A stretch of 63,757 bases of DNA. Origin: Candidatus Eiseniibacteriota bacterium (lineage in GTDB: Bacteria > Eisenbacteria > RBG-16-71-46). Both the position numbers and the translations under genes were made by a program. Of the stretch, positions 48,482 to 58,180 are shown piece after piece; the stretch's first letter is position 1; every line of letters begins with the position of its first letter. The notes beneath the pieces were generated by a model, which was not told the origin of the DNA, searched no databases, and saw only the letters and a program-made list of their open reading frames with translations. The stretch spans positions 1 to 63,757 of the forward strand of contig JBBRLX010000027.1 of assembly GCA_038231135.1 (NCBI GenBank). Direction: 5' to 3'.

Positions 48482-49360
48482 ATGCTGTCTCAGATCGGAT
48501 TCGTGTTGCTGGTGATCATCGTGTTCATCGCGCTCGTCGGGCTGGCCCGCTCGGCGCGTGTCGTGGCCCAGTACGAGAAGGGCCTCGTGCTGCGGCTCGG
48601 ACGCTACCGCAACACCGTCGATTCCGGGCTCACGTTCCTGATGCCGATGGTGGAGAGCGTGATCAAGGTCGACATGCGCGAGCGCGTGATCAGCGTCGAG
48701 CCGCAGAAGGTCATCACGAAGGACAACGTGTCGGTCACGGTCGACGCGGTCATCTACTACCGCATCAGCGACCCGGTGAAGGCCACGTTCGAGGTCCAGA
48801 ACTTCGGCTACGCCGCGACGACGCTGGCGCAGACCAACCTGCGCAACCTGATCGGCGACAAATCGCTCGACGAGACGCTGACCGCGCGGGACACGATCAA
48901 CGCGAACCTGCGCGCGGTGCTCGACGAGGCCACGAACACCTGGGGCGTCAAGGTGACGCGCGTCGAAGTGCAGAAGATCGACCCGCCCGCGGACATCACC
49001 GAAGCCATGTCGCGCCAGATGAAGGCCGAGCGTGACAAGCGCGCGAACATCCTCGAGGCCGAGGGCGTCAAGCAGGCGCAGATCCTACAGGCGGAAGGCG
49101 TCAAACAGTCGGAGATCCTCAAGGCCGAGGGCGACGCCCAGGCGCGAATCACGCGCGCGACCGCGGACGCCCGGGCGATCGAGATGGTCTCGAACGCCGC
49201 CGAAAGCTTCTTCAAGGAGCGCGCGGAGATGAGCCGGAAACTGGACGTGCTGAATCACGTGCTCGCCCAGCAGACGAAGTTCGTGCTGCCCTCGGGCTCG
49301 GAGCTGCTGAACGTGCTCGGACTCGACGACGCGAAAATCCTGCCGCTCAAGAAGTCATGA
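48482..49360 (+). CDS. SPFH/band 7 (QmcA/stomatin-like) protein
   Basis: [55 protein letters not shown]. Confidence 0.93.
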   Translation: MLSQIGFVLLVIIVFIALVGLARSARVVAQYEKGLVLRLGRYRNTVDSGLTFLMPMVESVIKVDMRERVISVEPQKVITKDNVSVTVDAVIYYRISDPVKATFEVQNFGYAATTLAQTNLRNLIGDKSLDETLTARDTINANLRAVLDEATNTWGVKVTRVEVQKIDPPADITEAMSRQMKAERDKRANILEAEGVKQAQILQAEGVKQSEILKAEGDAQARITRATADARAIEMVSNAAESFFKERAEMSRKLDVLNHVLAQQTKFVLPSGSELLNVLGLDDAKILPLKKS

Positions 49361-49392
49361 ACCCGTTGCCGCACCGGGAGCGGGCCCGCGGC

Positions 49393-50610
49393 TCACACGG
49401 TTTCGAGATACGCCCGTTCGCCGTGCAGTGATTCGTCCAGGCCCAGCTCTTCGTCGGCGGGGCCGACCTTGACCGGGGTGATGCGGTCGATCAGCCACAG
49501 CATGCCCAGCGTGAACACGAACGCCCATACCGACGAGATCAGCACCGCCGCGCACTGCTTGAGGAAGAACGCGCTGTTGCCGGCCAGCAGGCCGTCCGCT
49601 CCGGCGGGATTGAAGCTGCGGGTGGCGAAGATGCCGAGCATGATGATGCCGATGAAGCCGCCGACGCCGTGCACGCCCCATACGTCGAGCGCGTCGTCCC
49701 ACTGCAGCCGGTTCTTGAGCGCCACCGCGTAGAAGCACACCACGCCGGAGATCGCGCCGATGATGACGGCGCCGGTGGGCGACACGTAGCCCGCCGCCGG
49801 GGTGATCGTGGCGAGGCCGGCGACCGATCCGGTCAATAGTCCGAGGAACTTCGGCTTGCTGCCGGTCAGCCACTCGACGATGAACCACGACATGCCCGCG
49901 AACGATGCCGCGAGGTCGGTATTGATGAACGCCGTCGCGGTCACGGAGTCGACGCGGAACTCGCTGCCGGCGTTGAAGCCGTACCAGCCGAACCACAGCA
50001 ACCCGGTGCCCAGCGCGACGAGCGGAATGCTGTGCGGCCCGGTGTCCTTGACGCGCCGGCGTCCGACGTAGAGCACCGACGCCAGCGCGGCGATGCCCGC
50101 GATGTTGTGCACCACGATGCCGCCGGCGAAGTCGAGCACCCCCCAGCGGGCGAGGATCCCGCCGCCCCAGATCATGTGCACGAACGGGAAGTACACGAGC
50201 AGCAGCCACAGCGTGAGGAAGATCATGTACGCCTTGAACTGGACGCGGTTCGCGAACGCTCCGGTGATCAGCGCCGGGGTGATGATCGCGAACATCATCT
50301 GATACGCGACGTGCACGATCAGCGGGATGCTGTTGTTGGGGGACGGCGTCATGAGATTCACGCCGCGCAGGAACGCCATGTCGAGATTGCCGATCACGCC
50401 GCCGACATCCCCCGAGAAGCACAACGAGTAGCCGCACACGAACCAGATCACGGTGGTCCAGCACAGCGACACGAAGCTCTGAATCATGATGGCGAGCACG
50501 TTGCGACGACCGACCAGCCCGCCGTAGAAGAACGCGAGCCCGGGTGTCATGAGCATGACGAGGCTCGAGCACAGCAGCATGAATCCGGTGTTGCCGGTAT
50601 CGATGTGCAT
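49393..50610 (-). CDS. amtB: Ammonium transporter
   Basis: LV.LMTPGLAFFYGG, YQMMFAIITPALI.GA, LDFAGGIVVH, LLWFGWYGFNAGS, DDALDVWGVHG, GLD..LHGE. Confidence 0.96.
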   Translation of the reverse strand: MHIDTGNTGFMLLCSSLVMLMTPGLAFFYGGLVGRRNVLAIMIQSFVSLCWTTVIWFVCGYSLCFSGDVGGVIGNLDMAFLRGVNLMTPSPNNSIPLIVHVAYQMMFAIITPALITGAFANRVQFKAYMIFLTLWLLLVYFPFVHMIWGGGILARWGVLDFAGGIVVHNIAGIAALASVLYVGRRRVKDTGPHSIPLVALGTGLLWFGWYGFNAGSEFRVDSVTATAFINTDLAASFAGMSWFIVEWLTGSKPKFLGLLTGSVAGLATITPAAGYVSPTGAVIIGAISGVVCFYAVALKNRLQWDDALDVWGVHGVGGFIGIIMLGIFATRSFNPAGADGLLAGNSAFFLKQCAAVLISSVWAFVFTLGMLWLIDRITPVKVGPADEELGLDESLHGERAYLETV

Positions 50611-50800
50611 TCGCGTGGTCCCGCGCGGCCGGGGGACTCCCCGGCGGTCGCGTCGCGCATGCGTTCCGGCCGGGCGTCGGGTCCCCACAGGAATCCCCGA
50701 ACGGCGCGGAGATTACTCGCGCGACGCGGGCGATCACAAGAGTTTCATGCAGCCATCCGGCGAAGTGGCCCGAGCCGGTTTGTGATGCCGGCGTGCTGGC

Positions 50801-51172
50801 TTACGGACCGGCCACGGCGGCCTCGATGGCATGCATCAGCCGATCGGGCCGGCAGGGTTTGACCAGGTAGGCGGCCGCGCCCATCTGCGCCGCCTCGACA
50901 CGACAACTGAGCTCGTTGCGGGCGGTCAGGTAGATGATGGGGATCCGGGAGGTCTCCGCATGACCGGACAGCTCGAGCGCGACCTTGTGACCGCTGAGAT
51001 CGGGAAGGCCGATGTCGAGCAGGATCACATCCGGGATCGCGGTCGTCGCCAGGGACACCGCCTCGGCGCCGTTCATGGCGCTTGTCACTTCGTAGCCGTC
51101 CGACTTGAGGCGCAGAGCGATGGTCAGATTCAGATCAGCATCATCCTCGACGATCAGGACTCGTGAAGCCAT
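50801..51172 (-). CDS. Single-domain response regulator (receiver)
   Basis: VLIVEDD, ILLDIGLPD, IIYLTA, YLVKP. Confidence 0.9.
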   Translation of the reverse strand: MASRVLIVEDDADLNLTIALRLKSDGYEVTSAMNGAEAVSLATTAIPDVILLDIGLPDLSGHKVALELSGHAETSRIPIIYLTARNELSCRVEAAQMGAAAYLVKPCRPDRLMHAIEAAVAGP

Positions 51173-51273
51173 GCAATTTGCCCGCTTTCACCGTCGCCAG
51201 GTGTAGTTCTGCGGCGACGCGACGGCGCTGACGCACCCATCGCGCCACCGTGGTCCGTCCGGCCCCGCGTTCG

Positions 51274-51302
51274 ATCAACCGCAGCAGTCGCAGCCGGTTG
51301 AT
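51274..51302. repeat. Palindrome ATCAACCG-N13-CGGTTGAT, copy 1 of 3
   Basis: Related copies at 51897-51925 and 57926-57954 with identical spacing and shared flanks. Confidence 0.7.
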
Positions 51303-51419
51303 GGTCGGCGCCGAGCGCTGCCGGTGTCCGCATCCCGGCGGCCCGGGCAGTTCTTGCAATTCCGGGCGGGACACGTGACGAACATGCTCCCGGGTCTCGG
51401 GACGGCTCCGGCTTCGGCC

Positions 51420-51797
51420 CTACGAGGCGACGGATTCCAGGGCGGCCTCGATCGCGAGCATCAGCCGGTCGGGCCGGCAGGGCTTGACGAGGTAGGCGGC
51501 GGCGCCCAGTTGCGACGCCTCGACGCGGTAGCTCGCCTCGTGGCGCGCGGTCAGATAGATGATGGGGATCCGCCGGGTGTCCTGCTGTCCGGACAGTTCG
51601 AGGGCGACCTTGTGGCCACTGCGGTCAGGCAGGCCGATGTCGAGCAGGATCACGTCCGGGATCTCCGCCGTTGCGATGGACACCGCCTCGGCGCCATTCA
51701 TGGCGCTCATGACTTCATATCCGCCCGACTGCAGGCGCAGAGCGAGGCTCAGATGGAGATCAGCGTCATCCTCGACGATCAGCACTCGTGCAGCCAT
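51420..51797 (-). CDS. Single-domain response regulator, tandem paralog of 50801-51172
   Basis: Nearly the same sequence (VLIVEDDADL.L..ALRL.S.GYEV.SAMNGAEAVS...SGHKVALELSG...YLVKPCRPDRLM). Confidence 0.9.
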   Translation of the reverse strand: MAARVLIVEDDADLHLSLALRLQSGGYEVMSAMNGAEAVSIATAEIPDVILLDIGLPDRSGHKVALELSGQQDTRRIPIIYLTARHEASYRVEASQLGAAAYLVKPCRPDRLMLAIEAALESVAS

Positions 51798-51896
51798 GGC
51801 GGTGTGTTCCCTTCTATAGAACCGGGGGTGGTGGACGACTGCGGCGCGTCGACAGACGCACCCATCGCGCCACTGTTGAGTCCGGGCCGATCTTGG

Positions 51897-51925
51897 TTCA
51901 ACCACATTCGCCGCCTCCGGTTGGC
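51897..51925. repeat. Palindrome copy 2 (TTCAACCA-N13-CGGTTGGC)
   Basis: About the same distance from its receiver start as copy 1; shares flank GACGCACCCATCGCGCCAC. Confidence 0.6.
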
Positions 51926-52107
51926 GCGTGGCGTCCCCACGTGACCGAAGTTCTCGTCCGCGGCGATCGGTCCGATTGCAACGTCCGCCGCACCAGGTCG
52001 ATTCACTCTGCAAGTTGCTGGCAAATAACTCTCAAGGTCCGTATCCACCACTCCGATCACCACTGCACGCTCCCGCGATCCGCGCGAGCCTCCCCGATCG
52101 GAGCTCC

Positions 52108-54015
52108 ATGCAGTTCAATCCGGGCCAGGCAGCAACCCGCCCGGGCCGAGTTCGGTTGCTGCTGATCGAAGACGACCCACACGATGCCCGCCTGATTTGC
52201 GAGTACCTCTTCGAGTACGACCCGTCGATCGAAATCCTGCAGGCCCGCAATATCACCGAAGCGACGCCGATGCTGAGCGATCCCTCGGTGGATGCGATTC
52301 TGGTCGATCTGCACCTTCCCGATGCAAGCGGCTTGCAGTCGGTGGCGATGGCGCATGCCGCGAGTGCGGGGCAGCCGATCCTGGCCATGACGGGCCGGTC
52401 GACCATGGACATGGGTGTCGAGGCTGTGCGCCTGGGCGCGCAGGACTTCCTGGTCAAGGACGACATGACTCCGGGCAGCCTGGGTCGCGCGCTCCGTCTG
52501 GCGATCGAGCGCCAGCATCTGCTCGCATGCATGCGCGACAGCGTGCAGGCCTCGCTGGAAGGCGAGGAGAATCTGCGTCGGTTGTTGCTTGGCGGGACCG
52601 AAGCGCTGGTCGTCTATCTCCCGGATGGCCGCGTGTGCTTCGCGAATGTCGCCGCCGAGGAGTTGTTCGGCTGGGCCCAGGCCGGCTCCCAACTGCGACA
52701 GTTCCCATTGCAGGCCTCGTCGGACATCGACCAGGAGCATGAGATCACCCGGCCCGACGGAACCCTCGTGGTGGCGGAAATGCGCACCGCGGATGTGGTG
52801 TGGCGCGATCAACCCGCACGCCTGGCGTCGCTGCGCGACGTGAGCGAGCGGCGCAAGGCGACCGAGCACCAGATCCGCCTCGACATGCTGACCAGTTTCC
52901 TGGGCAACATGTCGCACGAGTTGCGCACGCCGCTCGCGGCCATCTATCAATTCGTGACCAACGTGCGCGACGGCATCGACGGCCCGGTCAATGACGCCCA
53001 GCGTCACAGCCTCGAGGTCGCGGTCCGCAATGTGGACGAGGTGCTGGCGATGATCGCGAACCTCCTCGAGGTGGCGCGCTCGCAGGCCGGCAAGCTTCGC
53101 ATCGAGCCCCGGATCGTGCGGCTGGCCGACGAAATGGCCGGACTCGTCGATGTGCTGAACGCGTCGGCCCGCGAGCACGGCATTCGATTCGAGTGCCGGG
53201 TGCCGGCGGGACTTCCACAGCTGCTTGCGGACCCGGCGCGCGTACGGCAGATCGTCGCCAACCTGACCGAGAACGCGATCAAGTTCACGCCGCGAGGCGG
53301 CAAAGTCGAGGTGAGCGCCTGTCATGATGTCGCGAGCGGCCGCGTGTCCCTCATGGTTTCGGATACCGGCGGCGGCGTCGCGAGCGAACACCTCGAGGAC
53401 ATCTTCGACCAGCTCCACCAGGTTCCCGAGACCGTCCATCGAACACGGCGCGGCCTCGGCCTGGGCCTGTACATCACGCGCGAACTCGTGCGCGGCCTGG
53501 GCGGCGAGATCCACGCTCGGAACGAGCCTGGCAAAGGTATGCGATTCGAGGTGCTGCTGCCGGTGTTCTCGTGGAACGAACTCCTCAAGCCGTTGTGCGG
53601 GCAGATCGACGCCATCGAGTGGTCGGCCGTGCTCGTCCGCGTCCACTGGCCTCAGGCCGCCGCGTTCGAGCCGCTTCCCGAGGGCGCGTTGTGGAAACTC
53701 AAGGACATCGTGCGAGCCGTGGTCGGAAACTGCCCGTATGTGGCGATTCCGCGGGTTCAGGCGGACGAGCACAGCCAGCTCGGCGTGGTCCTGGCGGCGC
53801 CGGAGTCCGTGGCACGTGAATACGTTGCGAACATCGAGTGGCGGCTGACCGACGACGGCTCGTGGAACGATTCCGCATTGGTGGTCGATCTCGAAGCACT
53901 GTCACTCGGTCCCGCGCCGTTGCGGACCGACACTTCCCGCGTCGTCTCGATCCTCGAGCGGCGGCACTTCAAGCTTTGCCCCCAGGGAGACACTTCATGC
54001 CCCATCCGGCGGTAA
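52108..54015 (+). CDS. Hybrid histidine kinase (REC-PAS-HisKA-HATPase plus C-terminal extension)
   Basis: LLIEDD/VDLHLPD/GAQDFLVK; FANVAAEELFG; MSHELRTPL; NLTENAIKFT; GLGLGLYI. Confidence 0.92.
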   Translation: MQFNPGQAATRPGRVRLLLIEDDPHDARLICEYLFEYDPSIEILQARNITEATPMLSDPSVDAILVDLHLPDASGLQSVAMAHAASAGQPILAMTGRSTMDMGVEAVRLGAQDFLVKDDMTPGSLGRALRLAIERQHLLACMRDSVQASLEGEENLRRLLLGGTEALVVYLPDGRVCFANVAAEELFGWAQAGSQLRQFPLQASSDIDQEHEITRPDGTLVVAEMRTADVVWRDQPARLASLRDVSERRKATEHQIRLDMLTSFLGNMSHELRTPLAAIYQFVTNVRDGIDGPVNDAQRHSLEVAVRNVDEVLAMIANLLEVARSQAGKLRIEPRIVRLADEMAGLVDVLNASAREHGIRFECRVPAGLPQLLADPARVRQIVANLTENAIKFTPRGGKVEVSACHDVASGRVSLMVSDTGGGVASEHLEDIFDQLHQVPETVHRTRRGLGLGLYITRELVRGLGGEIHARNEPGKGMRFEVLLPVFSWNELLKPLCGQIDAIEWSAVLVRVHWPQAAAFEPLPEGALWKLKDIVRAVVGNCPYVAIPRVQADEHSQLGVVLAAPESVAREYVANIEWRLTDDGSWNDSALVVDLEALSLGPAPLRTDTSRVVSILERRHFKLCPQGDTSCPIRR

Positions 54016-54413
54016 CTGCCCCTCACGAACACGCACGGCTACCCGAAAACGTACGAGTCCTGGTCGTCGAGGACGACGCGGATGCCCGCAGCGGACTGTC
54101 ACAGCGGTTGCGACACGACCGCTTCGAGCCGTTGTTCGCCGTGGACGTGCCGGGTGCCCTGCGACTCGCTCGCCTGCAGAAGCCCGATGTGATCATCCTC
54201 GACCTGGGTCTGCCCGGCGGCGACGGTTACCTGTTCATGGAGCGGCTACGTGCGATGCCGGAGCTGGCGCAGATTCCGATCATCGTGTTGTCCGCGCGCG
54301 AGCCTGCGGTCGAGCGCCAGCGCGTGCTCGATGCGGGCGCCGTCGCCTACTACCAGAAGCCGATGCGGAACAACGTGCTGAAGGCTGCAATATTTCAGGC
54401 GCTCGAGGCGTGA
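53997..54413 (+). CDS. Single-domain response regulator
   Basis: VLVVEDD, IILDLGLPGGDG, IIVLSA, YYQKP. Confidence 0.9.
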   Translation: MPHPAVTAPHEHARLPENVRVLVVEDDADARSGLSQRLRHDRFEPLFAVDVPGALRLARLQKPDVIILDLGLPGGDGYLFMERLRAMPELAQIPIIVLSAREPAVERQRVLDAGAVAYYQKPMRNNVLKAAIFQALEA

Positions 54414-54555
54414 AACGGCGTGCCGTGAGGGCGCCGATCGAGCAGGGACGGGAGCAGTCAGGGACGACGGCGTCGCCACAGCGGACGGCGCCGCCGGATG
54501 CCCGGGTCCTGGAGGCGCTCTGGTCCCTCGCGTACGATGTGAAGGATGGCGCAAC

Positions 54556-54978
54556 ATGAACCGGTTGTTGCTGGTGGAAGACGATCCGAACGATGCCCTG
54601 CTCATGATCGAGGCGCTGCGGGAGAGTCGCATCGAAGTCGACGTGAGGGTGGCCGAGGACGGCGACAGGGCATTCGCGATACTGCGCGAGGATTCCGTAC
54701 CGGGTCGGGAATGGCGCCCCGATCTCATCGTGTGCGATCTGCAGCTTGCCGGAGTCGGCGGGCACGAACTGCTGCGCAAGCTCAAGTCCGACCCCGATCT
54801 GCGACGGATACCGGTGGTGATCATGTCCGGCTCGCGGGAATCGATCGTCGTGAACCTGTCCTACGAACTGCATGCCAACTGCTACATCCACAAGCCCGAC
54901 AACTTCGTCGAATTGTGCGCCGTCACGAATAGCCTGTTGCCATTCTGGTTCTGCACCGCCCTGTTGCCGAAGAGCTGA
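54556..54978 (+). CDS. Rcp1-type single-domain response regulator
   Basis: LLVEDDPND, PDLIVCDL, LRRIPVVIMS, SYELHANCYI.KP, FW. Confidence 0.9.
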   Translation: MNRLLLVEDDPNDALLMIEALRESRIEVDVRVAEDGDRAFAILREDSVPGREWRPDLIVCDLQLAGVGGHELLRKLKSDPDLRRIPVVIMSGSRESIVVNLSYELHANCYIHKPDNFVELCAVTNSLLPFWFCTALLPKS

Positions 54979-55013
54979 TCGACAGTTCGAATAGCCAAGG
55001 AGAGTCCGGTGCC

Positions 55014-55847
55014 ATGTCGGTTCCCGAACGCGCTGTGAACGCGGACGCACTCATCGTGCCCGACATCCGTGAAGCCGGCGACCCGCGGCCAGCAGAGGGC
55101 GCGACGAGCCAGCCGGCGTTTTCCGCGGAGCGCACGGCAACCCAACGCGCCCCGAGCCTCGAGGACCCGCGTGTCGTCGCCGAAACGGCCTCGCACGATC
55201 TCCAGGCTCCGCTGCGCCAGGTCCTGCAGTTCCTGACCTTGATCGAGCGGCGCAGCCACTCCGAGCTCAACCCCCAGGCCCGCGAGCACCTGCGCTGCGC
55301 CATCGATGCCGCCGGACGCGCCCAGGCGATGACACGGGATTTCATGTCCTACTGGCTCGTCGGCTGCGGCGAGGGTCCCCGCGACCCGGTACCGCTCGAC
55401 AACGTGCTGGCGGGCGTTCTCGACGGGCTCCGCCGCCGGCTGTCGGATGCCCGAGCTGTGCTGACGCACCAGCCGCTCCCTGTGGTCACCGGAGACCGTG
55501 CCCAGCTCGCGCTGCTGTTGCAGACACTCATCGTGAACGCGATCGTGCATCACGACGGTCCGGCCCCGCGAATCGAGATCGCGGCCCACGATGCCGGCGA
55601 CGGCCACGTCGTCTCGGTGACGGACGATGGCCCGGGCATCGACCCTTCCGACCACGAACGCGTGTTCAGGCTGTTCCAGCGGGTGGCCGTAGCCGGCGCT
55701 CCGGGTGGGTCCGGCGCGGGCCTGGCGATCTGCCGCAGCATCGTCGAGCGCCATGGTGGCCGCATCTGGATCGACTCGACCCCCGGTCACGGCTGCACCG
55801 TGGCGTTCGTGCTGCCCGCCACCGACAGACGCGGAACCCAGCAGTAG
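55014..55847 (+). CDS. Cph1-type histidine kinase core without a sensor domain
   Basis: ASHDLQAPLR, LIVNAIVH, DDGPGI, VFRLFQR, GSGAGLAIC, HGGRIW. Confidence 0.85.
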   Translation: MSVPERAVNADALIVPDIREAGDPRPAEGATSQPAFSAERTATQRAPSLEDPRVVAETASHDLQAPLRQVLQFLTLIERRSHSELNPQAREHLRCAIDAAGRAQAMTRDFMSYWLVGCGEGPRDPVPLDNVLAGVLDGLRRRLSDARAVLTHQPLPVVTGDRAQLALLLQTLIVNAIVHHDGPAPRIEIAAHDAGDGHVVSVTDDGPGIDPSDHERVFRLFQRVAVAGAPGGSGAGLAICRSIVERHGGRIWIDSTPGHGCTVAFVLPATDRRGTQQ

Positions 55848-55880
55848 GGGGCCGGGGCCGGGATCCCGGCCCTCACCCGA

Positions 55881-56339
55881 TCAGGCGGCGCGGCGAATGG
55901 TGCCCGGCGGCGTCTCGTTGAGCAGCGCCCAGAACAATCCGAGGGTCTTGATCGAGTGCATGAACTCGTCGAACGCCACGGGCTTGACCACATAGGCGTT
56001 CACGCCCAGCCTGTAGCTCTCGACCAGGTCCCGCTCCTCGCGGGAGGACGTCAGCATCACGATCGGCACCGACTTGAGCGTGTCGTGCGCCTTCATCCGG
56101 CGCAGTACCTCGAGGCCATCCATCCTGGGCATCTTGAGGTCCAGCAGTACGACGGCCGGTGAGCCGGGCGGGCGATCGGCATAATGGCCGGCGCACGTCA
56201 GGTAGTCCCAGGCCTCCACTCCGTCACGCACGACCATGACTTCATTGGCGAGATTGTGTTCGCTGAGGGCGGCGAGCGTGAGTTCGACGTCCTTGGCATT
56301 GTCCTCGGCCAGCAGCACTCGTTTGAGTCCCGTCATCAT
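55881..56339 (-). CDS. Rcp1-type single-domain response regulator
   Basis: LLAEDN..DVELT, LLDLKMP, MLTSSREERD, SY.LGVNAYVVKPV, FWALLNE. Confidence 0.92.
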   Translation of the reverse strand: MMTGLKRVLLAEDNAKDVELTLAALSEHNLANEVMVVRDGVEAWDYLTCAGHYADRPPGSPAVVLLDLKMPRMDGLEVLRRMKAHDTLKSVPIVMLTSSREERDLVESYRLGVNAYVVKPVAFDEFMHSIKTLGLFWALLNETPPGTIRRAA

Positions 56340-57574
56340 GCAGCCTCCTCATGTTGGTGAAACGTTTCCTTGAGCTTCGGTATTGCAATGTAGAACGTGG
56401 CGCCCATCCCCAAGTGGCCCTCGGCCCACACGCGGCCGCCATGCCGCTGGATGATGCGGCGGACATTCGCCAGGCCGATCCCCGTCCCTTCGAACTCGTC
56501 GGAGCTGTGCAGGCGCTGGAACACGCCGAACAACTTGCTCGCATAGGCCATGTCGAAGCCCGCGCCGTTGTCCTGTACGAACAACACCAGTTCGTCGGAA
56601 TCTTCGAGTGATCCGACGGTGATGATCGCTGGCGTCCGCCCGCGCGTGTACTTGATGGCATTCGACAACAGGTTTGTGAACACTTGGCGAAGCAGGGAGG
56701 GATCGCCATGAGCGAGGGGCAGTGCCGTGACGATCCAGCGAATGTCGCGATCCGTCATCTCCAGTTTGAGCGAAGCCCGCACGGTGGCCACCATGGCCGC
56801 GAGATTGACCACCGACTGCCGCATCTCGGCGCGGCCCATCCGGGAGAACGACAGCAGATCGTCAATGAGCGTCCCCATGCTGCGCGCCGACTCGGAAATC
56901 GCCGCCAGGTAGCGGCGCCCCTGATCGTCGAGGGCCGCGGAGGAATGGCGGCGCAGCAGATCCGCGAAGCCGTTGATGTGGCGGACAGGCGCCCGCAGAT
57001 CGTGGGAAACCGAATACGAGAACGCTTCGAGTTCATGGTTGGCTTCCCGGAGTTCCGCCGTGCGCTCCGCGACCCGATGCTCGAGTTCCGCACTCTGCAG
57101 CGCGTTCGCCTTGAGCAGCGCCGCCTCGGCCTGTTTGCGTGCGGTGTTGTCGGTGCCGATGAGCAGGTAGCCGAGGATCGTGTCGTGCCCGTCGCGCAGC
57201 GCCGTGATCGACACCACCGCCGGGAACCGGCTCCCATCCTTGCGGATGTAGGTCAGCTGGTAGATGTCCTCGATGCCGCGCGAGGCCTTGAACACCAGCG
57301 CCTCGAACCCGGGTGCGATCGGGGTTCCGAGTTCGGCGCTTAGCGCGGCGGCTCGCACGATCCGTTCCTGTGGATCCGAGATGTCGGCCGGGGTGATGCG
57401 GTTCACGACCTCGGCGGCCGTGTAGCCGAGCATTCGCTCCGCCCCCACGTTGAAGATCTGGATGACGCCGCTGGCATCGGTCGCGATGCTCGAGAAGTTG
57501 GCGCTGTTGAAGATCGCGTTCTGCAGGGCCCCGGTTCTCAGCAGCGCCTCGGAGCGCTGGCCCTCCGTGTTCAT
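56336..57574 (-). CDS. PAS-domain sensor histidine kinase
   Basis: True start ATG 57574; PAS (IFNVGAERMLGY...RKDGSRFP); FSYSVSHDLRAP; NLLSNAIKY; DNGAGF; GTGIGLA. Confidence 0.93.
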   Translation of the reverse strand: MNTEGQRSEALLRTGALQNAIFNSANFSSIATDASGVIQIFNVGAERMLGYTAAEVVNRITPADISDPQERIVRAAALSAELGTPIAPGFEALVFKASRGIEDIYQLTYIRKDGSRFPAVVSITALRDGHDTILGYLLIGTDNTARKQAEAALLKANALQSAELEHRVAERTAELREANHELEAFSYSVSHDLRAPVRHINGFADLLRRHSSAALDDQGRRYLAAISESARSMGTLIDDLLSFSRMGRAEMRQSVVNLAAMVATVRASLKLEMTDRDIRWIVTALPLAHGDPSLLRQVFTNLLSNAIKYTRGRTPAIITVGSLEDSDELVLFVQDNGAGFDMAYASKLFGVFQRLHSSDEFEGTGIGLANVRRIIQRHGGRVWAEGHLGMGATFYIAIPKLKETFHQHEEAA

Positions 57575-57925
57575 GGGCACTCTGGAAGCGCGCTTGCGGT
57601 GACGGTCGCCAGCTGCGACGGGCGTTCTCCGCCTCCACGGGCCGATGGGCCGGAGGGCAGCCACATCGGGAGCGCACCGGGGGGCGTGGTGCACGAGCGA
57701 CAGGCGGCCGGCCTGCGGTGGACCACGTGGACGGCTATGACGAACTCCGCTGCGACACGGGAGCTGGGGCCGCGCTGTGCCCGGTCGCGCATTGCTGCGC
57801 CGCGGTCCCTGTGGTGCTGTGGGTGAGGAAGCGATCGTGCTTCCTGCACGTGATCGGCCGGGGCGGCGCCCGACTTTAGGGTGATTTGCACGGGCCGCAG
57901 TCGTCCGTTCGGCCGCACCGGTTCG

Positions 57926-57954
57926 ATCAACCGCCGCAGTCACAGCCAGTTGAT
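57926..57954. repeat. Palindrome copy 3 (ATCAACCG-N13-CAGTTGAT)
   Basis: About 60 bp of context closely matches 51253-51308. Confidence 0.7.
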
Positions 57955-58180
57955 GGCCGGCAGGCGAACCGCGGAGGGCGTCCCGTCGAAGCGCCGAGGG
58001 TGTCGATTGAATATCTGCCCGGCGGGCCGGGTACACGGTGCAAGTCCGCGGGCGTCCGGCGGGACCGGGCGGGATGATTCAGTCGCCGTTCAGGCTTCCG
58101 ATCCATCCTGCTGTCCGCAGTCTCCGAAGCGATGGTGGCCGGCCATCACGAGTGCCCGGAACACGATCGAGGAACGCTGA

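Noticed and set aside
57575..58036. N-terminal extension of the PAS kinase ORF
   Set aside because: Low-complexity, non-coding-like translation; the domain starts at ATG 57574
58025..58075. GGGTACACGGTGCAAGTCCGCG resembling a cobalamin riboswitch core or tRNA T-arm
   Set aside because: No GCxACTG or B12-box elements, no cloverleaf, and no B12-related gene downstream; an Rfam scan would settle it
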